From positions 1 through 49,692 of IMG/VR virus record IMGVR_UViG_3300049137_000083: a stretch of 49,692 nucleotides of DNA. One strand, 5' to 3'. Under the pieces are notes generated by a model that had not been told where the DNA came from, ran no database searches, and saw nothing but the letters and a program-made list of their open reading frames with translations. This DNA comes from a virus (taxonomy: Duplodnaviria > Caudoviricetes). Within the stretch, counting starts at the first letter, position 1; every line of letters begins with the position of its first letter. Of the stretch, positions 43,011-49,692 are shown in pieces. The translations under genes and the position numbers were made by a program.

Positions 43011-44023
43011 TACGGGATCACATCCGCAGCGAGGGACAGGTCCGGGTTGGCGAGGATCGGCATCGCGATCGCCGCCGCCTTCGTCCAGATCGCCACCGGG
43101 TCCTTCGTGCTGTAGGCGCCCGCGACGATCCCCGCCTCCGAGCCAGCCAGCCCGAACTCGGGCTCCATGGACTCGGCGGTGGTCCCGTACAGGGTCGCGC
43201 CCATCTCACCCGAACCGACGGCCGGGAGCATGAGCAGCTTGTCGTCAGCGATGACCCGCTGCGCGACACCGTTAACGCGCACCTGCGCGTCGTAGGTGAT
43301 GACCGGAGGCAGACCGTGCGAGGCGAGCATGTTGTCGACCGCGTTGTTGTTCACCAGGGTGGGCGTGCCCGCCATGGTGGCGACCAGCTGACGGAACGCA
43401 TCGTTGCGCAGCATGTACCCCATGACCTTGCGGGAGGTCACGATCGAGCCCGGTTCCTGCCCGGTGGAGGCGACGTACACGTCCCGCCAGGTGTTCAGGT
43501 CGCCGATGATGTCGGTCGCGGCAAGCGCCCACGACGCGGCGGCGGTCACAGTGTGGCCGGCGGCGCGACCGAAGTCGGCCTCCGCGATCACACCGTTCTC
43601 CGAGATGGTCACCTTGCCGGTGACCAGCGCCTGCCCGCGGGCGAGTTCGAGACGGGCGGCCACGGACTGCACCATCCGCTCCGCGTCGGACATGATCGCG
43701 TTCCCGACCGCTTCCTGGAGCTTCCGCTGACGCAGCCGCTCGTACTCGCCCAGCCGCAGCTTGCGGGAGATGGGCGGCAGTTCCCCGGTGACCCGCGAGA
43801 TGCCCGGGCGGGAGCCGATCGGCGACTCCGCGTCGTACGCGCGGAACGTCGCCGCGTCGGCGAGGCCGTCACCGCCGCGAGCGAACCGGTACTCGAGGTC
43901 GTCGACGAGACGGTTCGGCAGCCAACGCGAGAGCGTGAACTGGTTGATGTCCAGGTCCGCGGCGGCGGCCCGGGCGAATCCCGTCAGTTCGGCGGGTTCG
44001 ATGTAGTCAGTGTTCAGCAGCAT
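43010..44023 (-). CDS. major capsid protein (lambda E-like)
   Basis: 337 aa; FRAYDAESPIG, GELPPIS, RLELARGQALVTGK; follows decoration and scaffold genes. Confidence 0.92.
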   Translation of the reverse strand: MLLNTDYIEPAELTGFARAAAADLDINQFTLSRWLPNRLVDDLEYRFARGGDGLADAATFRAYDAESPIGSRPGISRVTGELPPISRKLRLGEYERLRQRKLQEAVGNAIMSDAERMVQSVAARLELARGQALVTGKVTISENGVIAEADFGRAAGHTVTAAASWALAATDIIGDLNTWRDVYVASTGQEPGSIVTSRKVMGYMLRNDAFRQLVATMAGTPTLVNNNAVDNMLASHGLPPVITYDAQVRVNGVAQRVIADDKLLMLPAVGSGEMGATLYGTTAESMEPEFGLAGSEAGIVAGAYSTKDPVAIWTKAAAIAMPILANPDLSLAADVIP

Positions 44024-44035
44024 GTCTCAAACCCC

Positions 44036-44425
44036 CTAGACGAACTTGATGGCGCCGGCGACGTCGGCTTTGCCGGCGGCGTCGACTGCGACGGGCAGGT
44101 TGGCATCCACGACGATCCCGTGGATGAGCAGCGCACCGACCACATCGGTGGTGGTGGCCGCGGGTGCCTTCACCGGAGACAGGAGGAACCCGACGAGGGT
44201 CTCCGTGCCGTCCGAGGCGCCACCGGCGTAGGGTGCGTACTTGCCCGTCGCGGTGATCTTCCCGAGCGGCAAACCGCTGACGAAGAACCCATCGGGGTAG
44301 TGCGTGCCCGCGGTGAACGCGGAGGTGTCGAGAGTGATCGACCGGGCCGACGACGTCCCGTGGGCTGAGCCCAGCCAGGTCTGGTCATCTGCGGCGAACG
44401 TCTCGGACCTGATGGACAGATCCAT
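44036..44425 (-). CDS. head decoration protein
   Basis: DQTWLGSAHG...SGLPLGKITATGKYAPY...GFL. Confidence 0.85.
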   Translation of the reverse strand: MDLSIRSETFAADDQTWLGSAHGTSSARSITLDTSAFTAGTHYPDGFFVSGLPLGKITATGKYAPYAGGASDGTETLVGFLLSPVKAPAATTTDVVGALLIHGIVVDANLPVAVDAAGKADVAGAIKFV

Positions 44426-44455
44426 GGTGTTCTCCTTCCACCCGGCCTGGCCGGG

Positions 44456-45007
44456 CTAATAGGTGGGACCCTGCTTCTTGCGGGCCTCGTATTTGGCGGC
44501 CCCGGACTGGATGCCGCCTGAAGTCCCGCCGGGCCTCGCGCCCTGAGCGGGGTCACCCCTCGGCCCCTTCGGGGCGTCGGTAGTGGTCTGGGTGGGGAGC
44601 AGCGCCTTGAGAGCCTCGGCGTCAGCCTTGAGCTCCTCAGCGGAGGTCCCCTGGAGCCGAGCGGCCAGCTCCACAGGGAGCTCGGCGGCGGTGGCAACTT
44701 CGAGCCGGAGCCGCGCGAGCCGCTCCTTCGCGGCCTCGGCCTTGAACTCCTCCAACTCGGCGGCGAGCTTCTCCGTATCGGAGGGCTCCTCGCCGGGCAC
44801 CGCGCCGCGGAGGCTCTTCGCCAGTTCAAGCAGGGGCGCGAACTCCGCGACCTGCTTCTCCAGCGCCTTCCGGGCCTCCCGCTCTTCCTGGAGGGCTTTC
44901 AGGCCCTTCTCTCCGAGCGGCTTGTCCTCCGGTCCAGGAGAGGGAACCTCAACTGGAGCCGGTTCGGTCTCAGGGACGGGCTGGGTTTCGATGATGTTGT
45001 CGGGCAT
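44456..45007 (-). CDS. capsid scaffolding protein
   Basis: LGEKGLKALQEEREARK coiled coil; LAARLQGTSAEELKADA. Confidence 0.85.
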   Translation of the reverse strand: MPDNIIETQPVPETEPAPVEVPSPGPEDKPLGEKGLKALQEEREARKALEKQVAEFAPLLELAKSLRGAVPGEEPSDTEKLAAELEEFKAEAAKERLARLRLEVATAAELPVELAARLQGTSAEELKADAEALKALLPTQTTTDAPKGPRGDPAQGARPGGTSGGIQSGAAKYEARKKQGPTY

Positions 45008-45056
45008 CGCGCCTGACTCCTCAAGATTGGGCCTGGCATCGCACCAGGCAATCGGT

Positions 45057-46088
45057 CTAAACGAACCCGCGGACTCGCATCAAGCGGTCGCGGTAGTCCT
45101 CGGTGATGTAGCCGCTGGCTTTCAGCAGCTCAATGGCATGGTCACGGTCGCGGGCGATCCGGTAGATCGTCTCCGGCATGACCCGGACCCGCTTATCGCG
45201 GCGGTCCTGCGAGACCGTGCGGGTGAACGTGATCCGCGGGTTCCCGCCCAGCGCCCGGACGTCGCCCAGGATGCCCTGCTGTCGGAGCAGCCCCAGCTGG
45301 TTCTCGGCCGCGGAACGGAGCCCAGCCGATTTGCGTCGCGCGTTGACGATCCGGTAGATGTCAGCCCCGTCTCGGATCGCTTGAGCACCGCCCTCCGTGA
45401 ACACTCGGTCCTGTTCAGCACGGCTGAGACTGCTGAAGTAGTCCTTCGGGTCGACCCGCGCGTCCGTGACCAGATCGCTCGAGGTCGACTCAGTTGCGGG
45501 GATGCTGATGCAATCGCACCTCGGGTGGCGTCGGAACGCCGTCCGGTACGAGTAGGTGCCTGCGAGGATCGCGCAGCGGCTGCACGAGGGCGGCACGAGC
45601 ATCCGAACGTATTGCGTGACCTTAGGTTTCGTCGCGTACGCCACGCTCGCGGAAGAACGGAACGAATCGGCCACCTGGGTAGACAGGATCATGTCCAGGC
45701 AAGCCCAGCCGGTCGCCAGCGCCTGCGCCTGTGACGCGCCCGCTTCGATCGCGGTCAACGTCGCCGGTACGGGCTGGTAGATCAGCGAATCCAGTGGCCG
45801 CCCGTCAGAAGCGAACCCCGCGAACCCGTCGGGCCGGACCTGACCATACGAGTCCGAGTCGATGTTCTGCGCATCGAGCGCCGCCAGCACATACCCTTCG
45901 GCTTCAGCGGCGCCGATCTGCTGGATCGCCGCCAGCAGCACCACGATCCGGCTGAGCATCGACGTCCACGATTCACGGATGTTCGACCGGTCCACGGTCG
46001 CCCAGAGCCGTTGGGCCTCAGCCCGGAGCGTCCCCGTCAGCTCCTGATGCCGGTTCCGTCTCTTCTGCGCCACTTGCAGTGGAGTCAC
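45057..46088 (-). CDS. MuF-like minor capsid / maturation protein
   Basis: YVRML..SCSRCAILAG...FRRHPRCDC motif; after portal. Confidence 0.8.
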   Translation of the reverse strand: MTPLQVAQKRRNRHQELTGTLRAEAQRLWATVDRSNIRESWTSMLSRIVVLLAAIQQIGAAEAEGYVLAALDAQNIDSDSYGQVRPDGFAGFASDGRPLDSLIYQPVPATLTAIEAGASQAQALATGWACLDMILSTQVADSFRSSASVAYATKPKVTQYVRMLVPPSCSRCAILAGTYSYRTAFRRHPRCDCISIPATESTSSDLVTDARVDPKDYFSSLSRAEQDRVFTEGGAQAIRDGADIYRIVNARRKSAGLRSAAENQLGLLRQQGILGDVRALGGNPRITFTRTVSQDRRDKRVRVMPETIYRIARDRDHAIELLKASGYITEDYRDRLMRVRGFV

Positions 46089-47436
46089 TGCTCACCTCCG
46101 CGAACTGGCGCGCGATCTGCTCAACCGGATTCTGGAGGCGTTCGCGTTCTCGTTCATCCGCCATCAGGGAAATCTGAGTGTCGGTGTAACCCATGTCCTC
46201 CACGGTCTGGCGCCACGGCACGATGTTCGCGGTGAACAGCTTGACGGCGGCGTCGGCTTTCTGCGCGACCGTCGGGGTGGAGGCGTCTCGCCAGATCGTC
46301 TCCAACTGGCGCATGTCTGGGTCGTCTTTACCGGTGGCGATCCGGCGGGCCAGGCGCATGACCTGCTCCCACCCACCGCCGAACACCCGCTGTTTCCGCT
46401 CCGCGCGTTTCACCAGTTGCGCTTCGGAACTTCGGATCGCGTCCGCGGAGGCCGGGTTGTCGCCCGTGAACCCCGTGTAGTGCGGCGGCAGTCCAAGCAT
46501 CTGTGTCGTCAACTGACCCAGCAGTTTGATGCTGTTGTGGAAGTTCGCGAGGTCCGCTTCCTGGAACTGGCCCATCTGAACTTCGGAGGGGAGCTTGTCT
46601 GCGGCCCACACACGGCCGGCAACCTTCGACCAGTTCGAGACCGCGTTCCCGTCCTGGTCTTTCCAGTCGTCCTCGTCCATGCCGACGACCCAGCGGCGCG
46701 GCATGGCATGGAACTCCGAGGACACCATCATGTCGGTGGCCATCTTGTTCGCGGCGTTCGCGAGCGGGATGATGTTCTTGAACTCGCTGGTACCCAACGG
46801 GTCCAGCAGGCGCGGCCGGTTCGGCAGTTGCGCCACCGAGCACATGTTGCGGTCATGCTCGACCACTTCAGTGTCGGCCCAGCGGCCCTCGTCCATCACG
46901 TAGTAGTAGTTGGTGTCCAGGCCGTACAGGGCCGCGTGCTCGACCGGGCGATTCGGGTCCTCGTCGTCGGTCCACCGCTTCAGGCCCCACAAGATCCTGC
47001 GGGTCCGCGGATCCCGGTACACCGCCACCTGAGACGGGTGCTCCACAGTGATGATCGGCGTCTTCGGGTCTTCCTCGTTCTCGCCGACGATCGCGAACGC
47101 CCGGCCGTTGATCAACGCCTCCAAGTGCCCCTGCGAGGACTCCTCATCAAGGTCGTTGACCTGCCAGATCCGCCACAGCTCCTTGTCCGTCTTCCCCTGG
47201 CCGGGGAGGCGGAACCCTTCCACATCCAAGCGGTTCTCGTACGCTTCGACACCGAGCTGAGGCCAGTTGATCACCAACTGGGTCAAGCGTTCACCGAACT
47301 CCGACTCCAGGGCCGCGGCCATGTACTTGATCGGCTGCTCGCCCTCAAAGTAGGCCGACAGCTCCTTCAGCTTCGATTCCTGCTTGAGGCGTTGCGCCTC
47401 CAAGAGGCCCAGCCAGTCCAGGGGTTCACGAGCCAT
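46018..47436 (-). CDS. portal protein (SPP1 gp6-like)
   Basis: YFEGEQP, NWPQLGV, RLDVEGF, WQVNDLD, NPASADAIR, IWRDASTPT. Confidence 0.95.
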   Translation of the reverse strand: MAREPLDWLGLLEAQRLKQESKLKELSAYFEGEQPIKYMAAALESEFGERLTQLVINWPQLGVEAYENRLDVEGFRLPGQGKTDKELWRIWQVNDLDEESSQGHLEALINGRAFAIVGENEEDPKTPIITVEHPSQVAVYRDPRTRRILWGLKRWTDDEDPNRPVEHAALYGLDTNYYYVMDEGRWADTEVVEHDRNMCSVAQLPNRPRLLDPLGTSEFKNIIPLANAANKMATDMMVSSEFHAMPRRWVVGMDEDDWKDQDGNAVSNWSKVAGRVWAADKLPSEVQMGQFQEADLANFHNSIKLLGQLTTQMLGLPPHYTGFTGDNPASADAIRSSEAQLVKRAERKQRVFGGGWEQVMRLARRIATGKDDPDMRQLETIWRDASTPTVAQKADAAVKLFTANIVPWRQTVEDMGYTDTQISLMADERERERLQNPVEQIARQFAEVSSDSTASGAEETEPASGADGDAPG

Positions 47437-47446
47437 CACAAACCCC

Positions 47447-49072
47447 CTACTTGTAGACGACCATGCCGCCAGTGCGACGCTTCCAACCGCCCATAGCCAG
47501 GGCGTCCAATCGGGCTTGCCAGGAAAGACAGCCGGCCATTGCGAGGTCGATGTGCTTCGGCGAGTCCGGTCGTTCCTTGTAAATCGTCCAGAGGGGTGTG
47601 TCGTCGTCGTCAAGGAGCTTGATGTTGCTGCGGCGAGCGTTCGCGATGTGGTTCGCGAAGTCCTCATCACCGGAGTGCTTCAGCTGCTTCGAAGTCATCG
47701 CCGTGCGATACGCCCGCATGGCCTGACCGATCTGCTTCGGCCGGTTGGTGTACCACTCCATGACGCGCTTCTGCCCGTACTTCCCGGACCACTTCGCTAC
47801 GTTGTCCTCGAACCGAGGCGGGTCGGCGTACAGCAGGACGACCTTCCACCGCTTCATGGCCTCGTCGAGAGAGCCGTTGACCTGGTCGTCGGTGACTTCC
47901 CACTCCTGGTCCGCGGGGAAGTCTTCTGGCTTCTCCCACAGGGCAATCGGCCACTGGAAACCCGTCTCGATGTGCGTCCCGATGAAGCCGCATGCGTCTC
48001 GCCAGCGGGCGCCGTCGAAGCCGATCGTGATCGGTTCCTTGTCGGCAACGGTGAAGTCCTTCAAGTGGAGTTCGCTCTTCCACTGCTCCGGGTCGAACGC
48101 CTGCCGGGACGAGGCGACCCACCGGTTCAACCAGACGCGCTCGAAATACGCTTTATCGGTATCGGCCTGGTGGTAGAGCGACATGATCGACTCGATGTCC
48201 GACCACTTCGCGACCGCAGGACCGGAAGCCTCCACGATCGCGGCCCGCAGACCCTCATCGGTCTCAAGGTCATGCGAAGGGCTCGCTTCGCGGTGGAAGT
48301 AGAACAGCTGCGGGTCGCGCGACTTACCTCGAGCGACGTCCTCGGCGTAGTCCTTCTCGGTCTCCGCGACACTGCGTTCCCCCGGGACGCCAGCGGTCGT
48401 CGTCGACAAGCTCCACGGGTCCGCGATGGGCCGCTTCGGGATGTTCTGCAGCATCGTCTGATGCGCATCGATCAGCTTCGGCAGCGTCATCCGGTGCGGC
48501 TCATCAAAATGCTGAAACGTCGTCCGAGCGCCATCACGAGAGTTCGGAGCCGCGGCGAGCGCGACCGCTTTGCCGTCGCCGTTGTAGCGGGTGATCCGCT
48601 CCAGACCGGCGTCGAACAAGTCCGCGTCCGCGCCCTCGGTCACCATCACCAGCAGAGCCGCATACGCGAGCTCCTCGGTCTGCTCCTCCGTATAGGCCAC
48701 CATCGGGATGTACGGGTCCCGCACCGGCCGGCCAACAGGATTCCCCTCGGCATCCCAACCGTCGCAGCGGACCGGCCCCTCAGGGTGCAGCTCGGCGAAC
48801 GCGATCCACGCGGCTTTCTCGGTCTTCGCGGTCCCTTTACGCAGCGAAATGCAAACGCGTTTGAACCGGCGCCGGCCAGCCTTCGGATGCCCCTGCGGGA
48901 ACACCTCGTACGCCCGGTAGATCAACGCCCTGGTCTCGTCATCGATGACCGCGGGCTCACCGCGAAGGTCACCCGGACCGAAACAGGCCCGCTCCTCGAT
49001 CAGGTCGCAGATCTGCGGACCGAGAGTCGGCCAAGGTTCAAGATCGAGCGCCGGGACAATCAGCCCGGTCAC
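47447..49072 (-). CDS. terL: terminase large subunit
   Basis: PTLGPQ, Walker A RKGTAKT, Walker B HFDEPH, TTTAG, nuclease GFDG, ADPP, IDLAMA. Confidence 0.95.
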   Translation of the reverse strand: MTGLIVPALDLEPWPTLGPQICDLIEERACFGPGDLRGEPAVIDDETRALIYRAYEVFPQGHPKAGRRRFKRVCISLRKGTAKTEKAAWIAFAELHPEGPVRCDGWDAEGNPVGRPVRDPYIPMVAYTEEQTEELAYAALLVMVTEGADADLFDAGLERITRYNGDGKAVALAAAPNSRDGARTTFQHFDEPHRMTLPKLIDAHQTMLQNIPKRPIADPWSLSTTTAGVPGERSVAETEKDYAEDVARGKSRDPQLFYFHREASPSHDLETDEGLRAAIVEASGPAVAKWSDIESIMSLYHQADTDKAYFERVWLNRWVASSRQAFDPEQWKSELHLKDFTVADKEPITIGFDGARWRDACGFIGTHIETGFQWPIALWEKPEDFPADQEWEVTDDQVNGSLDEAMKRWKVVLLYADPPRFEDNVAKWSGKYGQKRVMEWYTNRPKQIGQAMRAYRTAMTSKQLKHSGDEDFANHIANARRSNIKLLDDDDTPLWTIYKERPDSPKHIDLAMAGCLSWQARLDALAMGGWKRRTGGMVVYK

Positions 49073-49527
49073 TTCACCGCCTGAAGCAGACTCCGCGGGT
49101 CAACTGCCTCATCCCGCGCCCCCTGGGTCGCCTTCCTGGCCGCAGCCTTCCGCTTCTGAGTCCGCTCATCCGCGTCCTCGCCGCGCTCGATCTCCCACTG
49201 GAGCCGGCGCCGGTCAATCGGCGTCAGACCGAAGCACTGCCGCTGGAGACGAATCTCCGCCGACAAGCTCGCCCGGACAGAAGGCTTGTCCGCCATCCAG
49301 AAGTCATCCACCAGCACAGCCAGAGCGAACAGGCCATGCTGGTCCGAATCATCAAACTCAGGCGCCATCGGCGACGCCCAGATGTCCGCCCACCACGCCG
49401 TGGTCTGCGGATGCCACTCCCGACCCTCCGGAAGTGCAGGCGCCTTCACGTTGTGCACCAACGACAGGGTCGCCCTGGTCGCGGACTTGTTACGGCGGGC
49501 CGGATTGTTCTTGGGCAGTCCAGGCAT
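49069..49527 (-). CDS. terS: terminase small subunit
   Basis: WHPQTTAWWADIWASPMA...AEIRLQRQCFGLTPIDRRRLQWEI; AGGAGG RBS. Confidence 0.9.
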   Translation of the reverse strand: MPGLPKNNPARRNKSATRATLSLVHNVKAPALPEGREWHPQTTAWWADIWASPMAPEFDDSDQHGLFALAVLVDDFWMADKPSVRASLSAEIRLQRQCFGLTPIDRRRLQWEIERGEDADERTQKRKAAARKATQGARDEAVDPRSLLQAVK

Positions 49528-49638
49528 CGCGCCCTCCTACCTCGAGAGCAGGACCTCGCGCCCTGCTCGAACTGACTAAGAATCGGTCACTCTGAGTGAC
49601 GAAAAAACCTCTGAGATCCGTACGCAGAGAAAACGCCC

Positions 49639-49647
49639 TCCCCGGCG
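49639..49647 (-). other. candidate cos site (CGCCGGGGA)
   Basis: about 110 bp upstream of terS, inside a CCCTCCCC/GGGGAGGG inverted repeat; resembles 9-nt CGCCG-type 3' overhangs of actinophages. Confidence 0.45.
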
Positions 49648-49692
49648 GTCCGGAGGCGTGCCGGGGGAGGGGATTACCCCCCAGTATTGGTT

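Overview
High-GC actinobacterial temperate siphophage genome, almost complete and in the excised (non-integrated) arrangement. An intact attP (3' half of tRNA-Leu(CAA), with arm-type repeats on both sides) lies at about 21.1-21.4 kb with phage genes on both flanks, and the two window ends fall in the late-promoter/cos region. Minus strand 49.5-29.0 kb: terminases, portal, MuF-like protein, scaffold, decoration protein, lambda-E-type capsid, head-tail proteins, major tail protein, frameshifted tail chaperones, tape measure, minor tail proteins (three tandem paralogues), endolysin and holin. Minus strand 18.4-1.0 kb: early lytic operon (cro, xis, Cas4-like exonuclease + Bet, HNH, C5 methyltransferase, RusA, initiator with internal iterons, DnaB, nuclease, many small hypotheticals). 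Plus strand 18.6-21.1 kb: repressor, membrane protein, tyrosine integrase with a duplicated Cys-rich insert. An accessory region at 21.4-29 kb carries an RHH regulator, an XRE-DUF5753/DUF397 pair, a Phd-fusion protein, an Spd-like membrane protein, DUF6221, an ATP-dependent ligase and a P22-type antirepressor. The most unusual signals are non-coding: a tRNA-shaped RNA with an 18-nt-extended anticodon arm in the early lytic operon, a hairpin chain with a potential pseudoknot switch upstream of the antirepressor, and a hairpin array beside attP. All calls come from motif recognition by eye; no database searches or folding programs were run. The host genus cannot be established (the DUF397 sequence style suggests Glycomycetaceae, a weak inference).
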